Part shown: piece after piece, positions 15,701 through 37,803 of the stretch
Position numbering within the stretch: the stretch's first letter is position 1
Layout of the letters: each line of letters opens with the position of its first letter
Source: the human T2T-CHM13v2.0 reference genome, Homo sapiens
Length of the DNA: 64,000 nt
Strand: one strand, 5' to 3'
Assembly: GCF_009914755.1 (NCBI RefSeq)
Contig: NC_060933.1
Made by a program: the position numbers and the translations under genes
The notes under the pieces: generated by a model
Databases searched by the model: none
Seen by the model: the letters and a program-made list of their open reading frames with translations, nothing else
Told to the model about the DNA's origin: nothing

Positions 15701-16109
15701 TGCTATAGTTTGGACATGGGTTATTCTCTCCAAAATTCATGTCGAAATTTAATTTCCCATGTAAGGTGTTAGGAGATCGTGCTTTGAAGAGGTGATTAGG
15801 TCATTAAGACAAATTAATAACTTTCTGGTGAAACTGGGTTATTTTTCATGATAATGGATTAGTTCTCATAAGAGCCGGTCATTCTAAAGAAAGTTGCCTC
15901 TTTTATAAAGCAATGATTTGCCTGATTTCCATTTTGTTTCTCTGCCTTGCTGTGACATAGCATGTGGCTCTCATCAGAAGCTCAACAGATGCCAATGCCA
16001 TAGTCTTGGACTTTCCAGCCACCAGAACCATAAGCTAAATAAACCTTTTTTTCTTTATAAATTACCCAGTCTCAGGTGTTGTTACAGCAGCACAACACAG
16101 ACCAAGACA
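15701..16109 (+). mobile_element. MaLR LTR (MST type)
   Basis: TGCTATAGTTTGGA...AATAAACC...ATAAATTACCCAGTCTCAGG...AAGACA. Confidence 0.75.
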
Positions 16110-17299
16110 ACATTACACCTGTAATACGTAATATTTTGAAATTAGATTTTAGCTTAGGAACAATACATACCCAATAAAGTGGAGCTCAGAAGACATCACT
16201 TAAGAATTGTTAAATAAGTGCCATCTTTTTGTTTTTATACTGAAAAACAAATGTATCGATTCTCAATTATTTTCTCCCTAATGTAACAATAATAACATAA
16301 TATTGTATTTTCCAAAACCATTCCTCCTTTCTCTCAATTGTATGTATTTTTCCTTTTTTCTTTCTCCTTTTTCTTTTTGGAGTATGATAAATATTTTTAA
16401 ATCTATCCTCCTGAAATTGCATCTAGGATTTGGATATATTTTGCTATAAATCTTTGCTTCCTTGGAATAAAAATATTCTCTACATTTTTATTATTCTAAT
16501 GTTGATTCAGCTTTGGAGTTAATTTATATGCAAAGCAAATAATTTACCCAAACTTGTAAAGGATATGCATTATCAGAACACAACACCTGCAGGATTTCAC
16601 ATCACGACTATCTGTTCCATTACTTCCTCCATGTTAATGAATTCAAGTCTTGATTTTCTCCAAAGAAAATGGGGCAATGAAAATTGCATTTCCTAAAATT
16701 CTCCTTGAATTATGTTTTAACATTTCAAGTGTGTTAATGTAATGCTTTAGAAGCTAAAGGGAATGATTATATAGGAAGCTAAAGTCATCTATGTCTATCC
16801 TCGGGATTGATTAAGTTTGCTATTTATACATGTTTCCCCCACAACATTGCTGTGTTGGAATTTATCAGGATAGGAACCATCTAAATTGAAAATGCCCCTT
16901 CGTATATTTTTATCACAGTGAAAGTCAAAGCCTAGAATAACAGAAAGGCACAAAATTAATATCATCAGGAAACAATTTACTCAGCTAATTAGCATAACAT
17001 TCTCATATAAAAAGACAGATGGATTAAGGGATCAGGTCATTCATAGCCTGCAGCAAACTGCTTCAGTCTTTAATCCCCTGCTGTTACCTATCAAATGGTA
17101 CTCTTTTTATGGATTTGGACAGATCCCTGGGAAGATTTAGATTCTCCCATTGGACTGATTCACCTTGTTCCTTTAACTTTTTATTGATGATATATTTCAT
17201 TATTTCCTGACTAAAACAACAGTAAGAACTCTAAATTAGTTAGCAGCTAAAGAATTGAACTAAAGGCGTATCTCCACATTTCTCATATAGTAGCTTCTA

Positions 17300-17349
<50 letters not shown>
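17300..17349. repeat. (CA)n microsatellite, about 25 units
   Basis: Direct observation. Confidence 0.95.
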
Positions 17350-17351
<2 letters not shown>

Positions 17352-17737
17352 TGCCCTGCAGTGCTAACAAATAGGCTCTAGCTTGAAGACAACCATAGAA
17401 GAGTTATATATATATATATCCTACTTCAATAAAAATTGGGATTTCATGCTACATACGCAACATTCAAGACAATTAGGAATAGCACAGTAACAGCCAGTAG
17501 TAACTATGAAAAATATCAAATTCTTTACATGGAAGTAGTCAATCAGCATAGATTATAGATTTCCATGAGTCCTTTAAAAATGTTTCCAAAAATAATGTCT
17601 AAGAAAACTATTAGTGAAGATGTTTGATCTATTGTATAGAAACCAAAACCAACAAATGAAAGAAAAGGCCTCTGGGAAAAAAAAAATTATTTTAAAGTTT
17701 TAGGCTACAGGGAGATAATTTATTTCCCTTTGACTAT

Positions 17738-18200
17738 TGTATTAGCTTTCTAGGGCTGCCATAACAAAGTATCACAATATAGGTGGCTTAAAAAAAAAAA
17801 ACAAACATTTGTTGTCTCACAGCTCTGTAAGCTAGAAGCCTGAAATCAAGGTGTTGGCAAGATTGGTTCCTTCTGAAAAGTTCTGACTTAAAGTCCGTTC
17901 CACGTGTGTCTTCTAGTTTCTGGTGGTTGCCAGCAATTTTTGGTGTTCCTTGACTTGTGCATGCATCACCCCACTGTCTGCCTCTGTCATTACATGGCCT
18001 TCTTCCTTATATTTCTTTATGTCTCTCTGTGTCCATATTTTCTTTCTTTATAAAGAAACCAGTCATTGAATTAGGGCCCATCCCATTTCAATATGACCCT
18101 GTTTCAAAATAACATCTGCAATAACCTATTTCCAAATAAGGTCACATTCACAAGTATTGGGATTAGTATTTCATTTTGGAGACTCGATTCAACACACAAT
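17738..18200 (-). mobile_element. MaLR LTR (MLT1B/C type)
   Basis: TGTATTAGCTTTCTAGGGCTGCCATAACAAAG...TTTCCAAATAAGGTCACATTC. Confidence 0.75.
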
Positions 18201-18794
18201 GACTATAAACAATCAGAATGTTAGTTTATTAATTTATAACAAGAACTATGTTATATAAAATAAAATTCTTACTTCAGCATAAACAGTACATACTTTCCAC
18301 CCAAACGCACATCTGTATGGGAAAACAAAATGTAGTCACATGATAGCTGGGTATGTATTAGATCAGAAAAATAAAGTTCAATGATTAGAATATTTAACAC
18401 CATCAAGCTAATATAAATGTGCACATGCATTTATTTTTATTGTAGGAAGGCTTACCAACTTAACTGGCAATTTCACTTGCCCAGACTTCCTGCCTCAGGA
18501 ATTGGACTTCCACTTAGGTGGAAAAGAGATTTATGCCTTAAAGATTCATCTGTAGCTCAGTTTCCATAGGCAACTAATTCTCCTTTCATTGACAGACTCT
18601 TTCTATAGCTATGTTAATAAATTCAGTTCCAACATAGTAAAATCCTCTGACTTTACCCCCCTTAGGTTAGTTTACAGTGCTTCAGAAGGCATTCTTTCTT
18701 CTCTTAGTTTTATATATTTATAAAGGGTTATATAAAACTAAGAGGGTTGTATTTTTGTAGCCATCTTTCTGATTATCCCCATGTACTGAGAATA

Positions 18795-18829
18795 TGTGTG
18801 TGTGTGTGTATTGATACATTTTATTTAGA

Positions 18830-18873
<44 letters not shown>

Positions 18874-19035
18874 AGACTATATGTATATAGTCTTGTCCTA
18901 TTTGGAGGCCCATTAAAGTATTTTTTCTTCCCATTCTTTTACTTCAACTATGATATACAATTAATTCTGTTATACACACACACATACACATACATATACA
19001 CATACATATATATGTACGTGTGTGTATACATATGT
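18795..19035. repeat. Compound (TG)n/(TA)n/(CA)n tracts
   Basis: Direct observation. Confidence 0.85.
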
Positions 19036-21157
19036 TTTAATAATCAAAGTTACAATTTATTTTGAACATATTATTTGCCAGAATTTATATGGCATACTTT
19101 GAATTCACTAACCTATTTAATCTTTAATATCTAAATGGGATAATTATTATTATTTATTTTTCAAAGATGGAGTAACAAAGGCTTCTGTTACCCCTCAATG
19201 TTGCCCATTCTCTACAGACTGTATAATAGAAGTTAAAATTATTTTTGCCCAACATCAAATATCTTGCATCATACTGCATTCCTTTCAGCAACCTGCATAT
19301 TTCAGCATCCTGCAATTTCCCTATAACCTGGAAATTTTGAACCTCCATGTCTTCGTGTGTAATATTTTCTGCATGAAAAATGTGTCATTTCAACTTATCT
19401 AACTCTTGCTTACTATCTAAGGTAAGGTAGAAGTGCCAACTTTTTCAAGGTTTTAGATAAAAGGTGAAAATAATAGTCTCTTGGTCCACACTCACATAGC
19501 CCTTTGTTTATATTAAACACTATATTATATTATGCTATATTAATAGTCAGCTGTTTATTCATCTCCTTCAGCAGACTCTAAAGGCCATTAGGGACTTGCT
19601 AATTCATTTACTAATTAATTAAAGAAATTTGAGGAGAATATCAAGAATAACCCTCTACTTGTTCCCGGCCACCATTCATCACTCACTTTCTTAATTGTTC
19701 ATTCACAGTGTACATATACGGTGATGTCAGAAACGTTACACCATACTTCCATGAGAAACAACTTTATTAACTGGAGCACTGTGCTTGTATACACTTCCTT
19801 TCACCTTTAATTTTACAGTCTCCTCTCATTTCTGAAATTACTTATTTCAACGCATTTTTTCCCACCCATCTCAGTGAGGTTGTTTCATATATTTTCAATA
19901 CAGTTATAATATTTTGTCACACTCTGCATTCCATCTTGCAATCCCTCTACTTCCTAAAGGATAGTTTTTTTTAAAGTTATATAAATTAATGTTTCCTCCT
20001 CAAGCTCAAAAACTCTTATGGATTTTGAGAAATGCATAATGTTATGTCCACCATTACAATATCATATAAAATAGTTTCAGTACAGTAAAAAATTTGTTTT
20101 CATGTTTCACATATTTAACCCTACTTCCTCTCCCCTCACCTCTGGAAGCATTAATCTTTTATACTATATTGTTTTGCCTTTTTTACCATGTCATATATTT
20201 AGCAATATATAATACGAGGCATTTGCTGACCAATTTCTTTCACAGAGCAATAAATATTGAATATTCATGTATTTATTCCTGTAGATTTATATTTATTTCT
20301 TTTTTCTGGATGTACCAGTATATCAATTCACTTACTTAAGGTTTAAGGCCATGTAGGTTGCTGTCCATTTTTGATAATTATAAAAAAGAACTCTGATAAA
20401 CATTCACATTTTTATGTGATATAAATTGTCACATCATTGGGATAAATACCTAGAAGAATGATAGCTGAAGTACGTGGTGAGACGATATTTAGATTTGTAA
20501 GAAACTGCCAATCTGTCTTCCAGCGTGCAGTACCATTTTTAAAATTCCCTTCAGCAAACAGCTACTATTGCTCTACATTTTCACCAGAATTTGTAATACT
20601 TCGGTTCATGGATTTAAGCCATTTTAACTAATGTGTGGTAGTATCACAATTGTTTTAATTTGTGTTTCTCTAAAGAAAAAAAATACTGAGCATATTTTTA
20701 TATGCCAGTTGCCATGGGTATTTCGGGGGCAGGGGTGAGGTGTCTTTTCAGATTCTATGCACATTTGTAATTGGCTTGTTTGCTTTCTTATTATTCAGTT
20801 TTCAGAGTTATTTGTATGTTTAGATACCAATACTTTATTAGATATATGGTTTACAGATATTTTCTTCTAGTTTGTGGCTTGTCTTTTAACTCTCTGGAGT
20901 CTTTCACAGAGCAGAAAATTCCATTTTAAATTTAACAAACTCTAACATCATTTTTTCTTTTGTAGCTAGAACTTTTCGTATTAATATTATATCTAAAAAT
21001 CCATTATCAAACCTAATGTCACTCATTACATGTAAAGCATACTTTCTTTTTCAACTATTCTGGTGGTTCCCCAGAGTATCCAATACACATTTGTTACTAA
21101 TCTAAGATCACCTTCAAATAGCACTCCACCAGTTCACATATAGTGCAGGTACCTTAA

Positions 21158-22397
21158 TAAGAAGTTACAGCGTGCTGGCAGCCCTTGCTCGCTCTCCGTG
21201 TCTCCTCGGCCTGGACGTCCACTCTGGCCGCGCTTGAGGAGCCCTTCGCCCCACCGCTGCACTGTGGGAGCCCGTCTGTGGGCTGGCCAAGGCCGGAGCA
21301 TGCTCCCTCTGCTTGCGGGGAGGTGTGGAGGGAGAGGCACAGGCGGGAACTGAGGCTGCGCGCGGCACACGCGGGGGCGGCCCTGCACTCAGAGCGGTCA
21401 GGCTGGCGCCACAGGCCCTGGGCAGTGAGGGGCTTAGCACCCAGGGCCAGCCGCTGCGGAGTATGCGCTGAGTTCCGCATCACTGCCAGCCCGCCCGCTC
21501 TAGGCTCGAATTCTTGCCAGGCCTCAGCCGCCTCGCTGTGGGGCAGGGCCCGGGACCTGCAGCCCGCCATGCCCGAGCCTTTCCCCGCCCGCGCCTTCCC
21601 CCGTGGGCTCCCAGCGGCCAGCGGGAGTCTCCCCAACGGCACTGCCCCCTGCTTCGTGGCGCCTGGTCCCATCAACCACCCAAGGGCTGACTAGTGCAGG
21701 CACCTGGCGTGGGACTGGCGGGCAGCTCCCCCAGCGGCCCCAGCGCGGGATCTGCTAGGCAAGCCAGCTGGGCTCCCCAGTGAGGTGGGGTCTTGGAGAA
21801 CTTTTGTGTCTAGCTGGAGGATTGTATATGCGCCAAACAGCACTCTGTGTCTAGCTCAAGGTTTGTAAACGCACCAATCAGCACCCTGTCAAAACAGGCC
21901 AATTAGCTCTCTGCAAAATGGACCAATCAGCAGGATGTGGGTGGGGTCAGGTGAGGGAATACAAGCAGGCTGCCACAAGGGACAGTGATAACCGGCTTGG
22001 GTCCGTTTCCGTGGTGTGGAGGGTTTGTGTTTTTGCTGTTTGCAGTAAATCTTGCTGCACACTCTTTGGGTCCACACTGCCTTTATGAGCTGTGACAACC
22101 ACCGGGAAGGTCTGCAGCTTCACTCCTGAGGCCGGTGAGACCAGGAACCCACTGAGAGGAATGAATAACTCCAGACGTGCTGCCTTAAGAGCTGTAACAC
22201 TCACCGCGAAGGTCTGCAGCTTCACTCCTGAAGCCAGCAAGACCACAAACCCACCAGAAGGAAGAAACTCCGAACACGTCTGAACGTCAGAACAAATTCC
22301 GGACACACCATCTTTAAGAACTGTAACACTCACCACTAGGGTCTGCAGCTTCATTCTTGAAGTCAGTGAGACCAAGAACCCACCAATTCTGGACACG
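21158..22397 (+). mobile_element. Solo LTR12 (ERV9) LTR
   Basis: Starts with ...ACAGCGTGCTGGCAGCC. GC/CpG-rich U3, CCAATCAGC repeats, repeated GGTCTGCAGCTTCACTCCTG U5 units. Ends CCAATTCTGGACACG. 4-bp TSD TTAA at 21154-21157 and 22398-22401. Confidence 0.92.
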
Positions 22398-23603
22398 TTA
22401 ATAGAATAGTCCCAGTTCATCCTTCATATCTTTTGTAACATAACCATCAGGCATTTCACTTACCCACATGCTGTAATTGCCCAAAACATTTACTAATATT
22501 ACTTTAAACAAACATGTAGTTTAAAAAGATTTACAATAAGAAAAATAAAACATTTTTTTTTCCTTTTTCAACATACTTGCTTTCTTATTGTAAATACAGG
22601 TTTCTGATCTATATCACTCTTCTCCTCCATGAATAACCTCTTTTAACACATTTGCAGGAAAGTTTTCTGGCAATATATTCCGTTAGTGTTTTATTGTCTG
22701 GTAAATTCTGATTTCCCCTCTGCTTTTGAAGTATAATTTTGCTAGATGTAGAATTCTAAGTTGGTGCATTTATTCCTAAACATTTCCCGCAACTCTCTTC
22801 TTTCTTGCCTGGTTTCTTACTGGAAGTGGGCTGAAATCCTTGCTCTTTTTTCTCTACAAGGAATGTAGTTTTCATTCCAGATTCTGTCAAGATTTTCTCT
22901 TTGTCTATTTATTGATTTATTTTATTTTATTTTATTCTACATATAGGTAATGCTATGTCTGGTGCTGTATTTTTGTTGTTTGTCATGAATTGTATTCTCT
23001 GAGCTTCCTGGACCGGTTGTTTGTTTCATGTCATTATGCTTTAAAATTTCTTGACCATTACTCATTTAGATAGATTCTCCTCATTTCTCTCTTTCTTGTC
23101 TTTCTGCTATTCCAGTTTCCCATTTTGTACAACTTTAGAAACTGCCCAGCGGGTCTTTGATGTCCTTCACTTTTTTTTTCCGTTTATTTTTTCTTGGCAC
23201 TTTGTTTTAAAATGTATTTTTGACCTATCTTTAGTTTCACCAATTCTTTCCCCAAACATGTCTGGTCTACTAATGAAACCATTGAAAGCATTTTAAAAAA
23301 ATCTATTGGCGTTATTTTAATTTCTAGCCTTTTATTTTGGTTCTTTGTTAGAATTTTCATCTCTCTGCTTATACTAATCATCTTTTATTGAATATTTTCT
23401 ACATTTTCCACTAGTGTCCTTAACATCTTAATCATAGTTATGTAAATTTTTTGATTGCTATTTCCAAAATATGCATCATCATCACTGAGTCTTGTTCTGA
23501 TGATCATCCTGTCTCTTCAGATTGTTAATTTTTTTCTTGCCTTTTACCATGTTTTGTAATTTTGTTGCCATTGTTGAGAGCCAGACATGTGGTATCCATA
23601 ATA

Positions 23604-23649
23604 GATATTGAGATAAATTGATGCTGAGATAAATTGATACTGAGATAAA
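23604..23649. repeat. 16-bp tandem repeat, about 3 copies
   Basis: GAT(A/G)(T/C)TGAGATAAATT units. Confidence 0.8.
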
Positions 23650-23985
23650 GTTAATTGAGGATATATGTTAATCTGTCTTGGAGTTGAACTGCATTTAATA
23701 TTTGTTATAGCTCAAGTTTCTGAAGGTTTCAAATTCCTCTAGTGTCCTTGTTTTTGTCTCCTCCCTTAACTTTAGGTTTCCTTAAGTACTCATCTTCAAA
23801 CAGTGTCTGTTTCTTATAGCTCTTTTGTCTGTCTCCTTATATTGGAGTCATGTTGGTTTAAATTTTATGGTATGAGCAGAGAAATATGTTCTACAGTGCT
23901 CTGATTGAATATCCGCCTTTCAGTGGGCCTATGTCTTAGGTTATGACTTTTACGAGTGTTTTGCCAGTAGTTTATCTTTTGTCCC

Positions 23986-24572
23986 TATTACAGGACTGCC
24001 AGATTCATATGCCCACTGAGCAGCAATAGACCAATACACTGAGACATCATAATTTGCAGCAGAAAAAGAGTTTAATAATCACAATGCCATTGGGCAAAGA
24101 GATGAAGGAATCCTCAAGCTTCACATCTGTCTGCTTGAGGGGTTCTGGGCCAGGGTTTTTAAGGGGATTGTGGCGGGTGAGGTTCTGGAGAATTGGGGTT
24201 GTCAATTGCTCAGGTCAAGGAAGATTAAATCATCATGATGTGAAAACTGCATTCTTCTGTGAGTCGGCTTCTTGCTGGGACCTTCAGATCAACTGGCATC
24301 AACAATTTTATCAGTATGCGTAACATAAAGGAGAAACTCAAACAGAAAGCATATCATCTCATGTGCCTTAGATCTTATCTATAGAAAAGAAAAGGAACAC
24401 AGTCTTGTGACAAGGGCTACACTATCTTGGGGGAGTAAGAAGTAACTAGCTACAAGGAAGTAGGCCAAATTGGGAAGTGGATTTCATGATTGCCACTGAT
24501 TATTCTGCAAGCCTAGTTGAATTTTATTTTCTCCCTTAATTGGTTTATAAACTTTTCTTTGGGACAGTTTCA
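23986..24572 (-). mobile_element. ERV1-class solo LTR (LTR8/LTR26-like; subfamily uncertain)
   Basis: TATTA...TTTCA termini, near-TSD TCCC/TCCT, and internal motif GCAGCAGAAAAAGAGTTTAAT...GTTTTTAAGG typical of MER4-group LTRs. Confidence 0.6.
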
Positions 24573-24609
24573 TCCTTTATCCCCTTTAGATGAGAAAAGA
24601 AGGTTAAAT

Positions 24610-33068
<8,459 letters not shown>

Positions 33069-33071
<3 letters not shown>

Positions 33072-33336
33072 TTGAAATATGAGCTATAATGAGGGGCACT
33101 AGAGGTACTTGGCTTTAAAAAGACATAGGTGCAGTGACATGATGTTAGTTACATAGCCTTTGAAGTCATGTTGTGTGAAAGAGCAGTTGGATATTGACGT
33201 TGGCTACCAAAACCAATGGGTAGGCATTTAGATTTTGGTTCACTAGAAAACCTGAACTATCTATCGATTAAGCTCTCAAAAACTAAATAGACTGCTGCCT
33301 CCTAAATAAAATATGTCTCCCACTGTGGAAATGTCA
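33069..33336 (+). repeat. 268-bp direct duplicate (copy 1) of 37536-37803; L3/CR1-like sequence
   Basis: Ungapped alignment with 9 mismatches by manual count. Confidence 0.95.
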
Positions 33337-34603
33337 TTGATTTTCAATTTGTATAGCTTTTATTATTATTATTATTGTAAGGCCAGGAATGACAACTTCT
33401 GAGCCCTTCACATGTTGGTGATAAATCCAAAAGTCCTGTAATGTATTTGTTTTCTCATTTTTTAAAACCAAATATTTGAAGCTATTTTATTAAGGGTTTC
33501 CTTTTCCTCAAAAAGTAAATGCATTAAATATAATCTAGATAGTCTACACTCATGAGAAAGATATTTCATTGTATATAACCAGAGCTATAGGCCTACAAAC
33601 ATTTGGACTTTATCAGAGGTAAATAATAAGAGATAATACTATTCGTTAAAATTAAAGTATAAATTTAGATCATTATTTTTAATTGGTTATTTTTTAAAGC
33701 TGACATAACTTTAATTTACAATGTAAACTCAGGAGTGAAAGAGCATTAAGTAACTCATGATCTGTAAAGAAAATTTCAAAATTTAAGGTAAGTAATGAGA
33801 TTTCCCCATATTTCTGTGTTTAATTCATCAATGTTTTTAAAATACTTAAACCAGCTAAGAAGTGTGTTCAGGTTTCTATTTATTTTAAAAGTGACTTACG
33901 TATTTTTCTCACAAGGGAGGATGATTGTAGAGGAGTTTAGAGCCTGCATCGTGGTTCCAAGTTAGCATCACCATTCCTGGTCCTTCCATCTTTCTGCTTA
34001 GTCATATTTAACTTGTGTTTATTTCTTCATGATCAGAATATGTGTCTTTCTCAACTATCATATGTATGTTCTAGGTAGAAAGGAGAAAAACAAGAATTTA
34101 TGTTGTTCTGTCAAATTATAGAAAGTTTATTTGATAATAAATCAACTGTTAAAAAGTACCCCTTAAAAGTATAGTAAGTATACAATATTAAAAGAAAGCA
34201 TGGGACTTTGCACAATTGTGAAATCTATTGAGAATTTTGTAAGTTTTTAAATTTTGATCTGTGCTGTCATTTATTAATTCAGTCAAAATTTGCTTCAAAA
34301 ACACATAGTTGTCAGAATATGTAAGTGCCTTAGAAGAGTGCAATCTATAAGTAAAATAATTCTGAATATTCATCTGAAATAGTTTGAAAAGGTTTTGAAA
34401 ATCTACTGTCTCTCTTATTTCTTGTAATCAACATATTTCTCAATAGGAAAATTCACCATTTGCCATCAAAATGTATTGTCTGAAACTTCCACTGGAACCT
34501 TCATATGGCAAAATATTTAGGCATTCTGAGGAGATGCAAAGTTTGCTAAGCAGAATAAATGTGTTTTAATATTTAATAATTATAAATGATATTTGGAAAA
34601 TTA

Positions 34604-34997
<394 letters not shown>

Positions 34998-35387
34998 TTA
35001 TGTTGAAAGATGGATAAGAATTAAAACTTTGATTTTTCAACTGAGATATTTAGTTGAGATATTTGAAATTACTGGAAAGCAAAAGGAAATTTTAATGTAC
35101 TGCGGAGTAGCCTAGGGTAGTATGTGTATGTATTTCTACTAAATGCAAAAGAAAGTACCAGATAAAAATGCAATAGGCTTCTACTTCTAGTTCAGGATGG
35201 GAAAAGATGGGGAAGACCAAAAAAGATCTGCATAATGCACAAATCCATGTGATTTCTGAAGGGAGTGGACACGATCAGTCTTGATAAACTGATAACTAGT
35301 TAGTGGATCTGCAGGTTTCATCTGTGGTATTTTCTTTTAGATGATTTGTGTAGTGACTAAAAAACAGTCAATACATTTAAATAAACT

Positions 35388-35445
35388 GCACATTGTGCAC
35401 ATGTACTCTAAAACTTAAAGTATAATAAAAAATAATACAATAAAT
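35388..35445 (+). mobile_element. Minimal L1PA 3'-end insertion (~58 bp)
   Basis: GCACATTGTGCACATGTACTCTAAAACTTAAAGTATAATAAAAAA. TSD AAATAAACT at 35379-35387 and 35446-35454. Confidence 0.85.
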
Positions 35446-36879
35446 AAATAAACTTATTTTCTGGTTTAGTAATTGAGGTTGGCCAATGTCTATTATTAAT
35501 TGTTAACTATTTCCTAATCAATAATCTGTCTTATATTAAACTGTACATACACATTACAAGAAATTTGAGTTACACTCACACATAACTGAATAACATATTT
35601 AATGCTTATATAGGCATACATATAATGTTAAAATCTAGATATAAAAATAAGAAAATGAAACCATAATTTTTAAGTAATGGAACTTGTTCCAAAAAATCAA
35701 ATGTGGTTATGCATTGGTATGACAATTCTGAATCCTGCCCTCAGGCAGCATCTGAACACTGTTTTATTAGCTATCAATAAATTGTCTGCACTGCAGGCCG
35801 ATGATGGTTTAAGGACAGCAGTGTTAATAATAATGTTCAAAGTGTCAGTCTGGAGGGGAGGCAATAATTGACTGTATGAGACTATTAAGCTATAAAAACA
35901 ATGTTTTATTTTGAGCATCAAAATATGATAGACAGAGCTTCAAATGCTCTTGGTGAAGTCATTATTAACACATACAAAACTGATTTTCATTCAACATTTA
36001 CTGTAGAGAAAATTATATTCCATCAGGCTTTAAAATTGAGAAGAAAACAGAAAGAGTAAGTCTTAAATGCCTTTCTTCCTCACCTTCCTCCTTCACCTAG
36101 TTTGCCTGCGGACCTACACTGTTACATTCCCACATGCCTCCTGTGTGTATTTCTTTGCAGATCATTTACCTTACATTTCTACATTTCCCCTTAATTTTTT
36201 CCTCATCAATAGATGAGAAAAAAAATTTGTTAAATCATGGTAGATGAATATGGACCAGATCATCCCATGAACTACGTTCAATCATTGGTTTTACCTTTCA
36301 AAAAATTCTGAATGAAATATGTAATAATTTAATATTCTAAAACTTTATTTTTTCAGGAATATTTACATATATTCACCCTTCCTTCTAAAACAGTGGCCAG
36401 AGCAGTTAGAAAACAAAAGCATGAGAAACAGTAACTCTTACAGTTGTATTATGCCTGTATGCCTCCCCAGTTCTGCAAAGATTATGAGGATTTTTTTAGG
36501 TCTGTACATAGTTTTAAAATATCCTAAAACAATCCACATAAATAAACTCATTACCATAATAATCTGCAAGATAGACATTGTCATCCTCAAGTAATATCAA
36601 ATAAATCTTATTTGCCTGCAAGATCTGAATCTGAAAATCCCAAAGCTCAAGTTTACCTAGCTAATAGGTAGTAAGACTGGGGCCTCAATCTGGTTTATCT
36701 AATTCTGAAAAGTGTTTTGCTATAAAAGCACTATAGGAAATAAAACATTAGACTTTATACCTTTAGATAATAAGAATATTTATGTCATTGAACCTGAAAA
36801 GATACTGTTTAACTTTCATGTTCTACTTGTCATTTTTCTTTTCTGCTTTTATATGTAATTTAGGTAATAGATACCCAGG

Positions 36880-37320
36880 AATCAACTTAAATTCCCATCA
36901 GTGGTAGACTGGAAAAAGAAAGTACGGTACATATACACCATGAATTACTATGCAGCCATAAAAAAGAATGAGATCTGTCCTTTGCGGCAACATGGATGGA
37001 GCTTGGAGGCCATTATCCTTAGCAAAGTAACACAGGATCAGAAAACCCAATACTCCCTATTTTCACTTATCACTGGGAGCTAAATAATGAGAACACATTG
37101 ACAGAAAGAGCAGCACAATAGACACTAGGTTGTGCTTGAGGGAGGAGGATGAGAGATGGGTGAGGTTCAGGGAAAAAAAAATTGTTGGGTACTATGCTTA
37201 CTACTCAGGTGACAAAATAATCTGTACATCAAACCCCTGAGTCACGAATTTACCTAAAGAACAAACCTCCACACGTTCCCATGAACCTAAAAGTTAAAAT
37301 ATTTAAAATAATAATAATAA
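36880..37320 (+). mobile_element. Old L1 (L1PB/late L1PA) 3' fragment
   Basis: ORF2 C-terminal remnant YIYTMNYYAAIKKNE (ORF 36901..37083), 3' UTR and an (AAT)n tail. Confidence 0.8.
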
Positions 37321-37321
37321 T

Positions 37322-37495
37322 TTAAAAATGTGAAATGTTGTGATAATTACTAAAATGTCAAATAGAGACACAAGGTGAGCACGTTGTTGGAAAAATAGAA
37401 TGAATAGACTTGCTTGATGCAAGATTGCCACAAACCTTCAATTTGTGAAAAATGTGTTATTTGTGAAGAGCTATAAAGTGAAGCACACGCAAAAA
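37322..37495 (+). mobile_element. Tigger1 DNA transposon 3' fragment
   Basis: GTTGGAAAAA...ATAGACTTGCTTGATGCAAGATTGCCACAAACCTTCAATTTGT matches the recalled Tigger1 3' end. Confidence 0.7.
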
Positions 37496-37535
37496 AAGTG
37501 AGTTTGATTAATGCAATTCATTGTTGCTGAAAGAT

Positions 37536-37803
37536 ACCTTGAAATATGAGCTATAATGAGGGGCACTAGAGGTACTTGGCTTTAAAAAGACATAGGTGCA
37601 GTGGCATGATGTTAGTTACATAGCCTTTGAAGCCATGTTGTATGAAAGAGCAGTTGGATATTGACGTTGGCTACGAAAACCAATGGGTAGGCATTTAGAT
37701 TTTGGTTCAGTAGAAAATCTGAACCATCTATCGATTAAGCTCTCAAAAACTAAATAGACTGCTGCCTCCTAAATAAAATATGTCTCCCACCATGGAAATG
37801 TCA
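37536..37803 (+). repeat. 268-bp direct duplicate (copy 2, probable donor); L3/CR1-like fragment
   Basis: Same sequence as 33069-33336. ACCAATGGGTAGG...AGATTTTGG...CTGCCTC resembles the L3 3' region. Confidence 0.9.

Larger units (their letters stand above)
19690..23980 (-). mobile_element. Ancient L1M fragments (host of the LTR12); boundaries approximate
   Basis: Antisense L1M motifs, e.g. TTTGTAAGAAACTGCCAATCTGTCTTCCAG and GAGTCTTTCACAGAGCAGAA. The sequence continues across the LTR12 TSD. Confidence 0.6.

Noticed and set aside
22090-22397. Regularly spaced repeats resembling an array
   Set aside because: Normal U5 tandem units of LTR12. Not CRISPR-like, and the DNA is eukaryotic.
21134-22420. 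Several 60-173 aa ORFs on both strands
   Set aside because: All lie in the GC-rich LTR12, where long spurious ORFs are expected.
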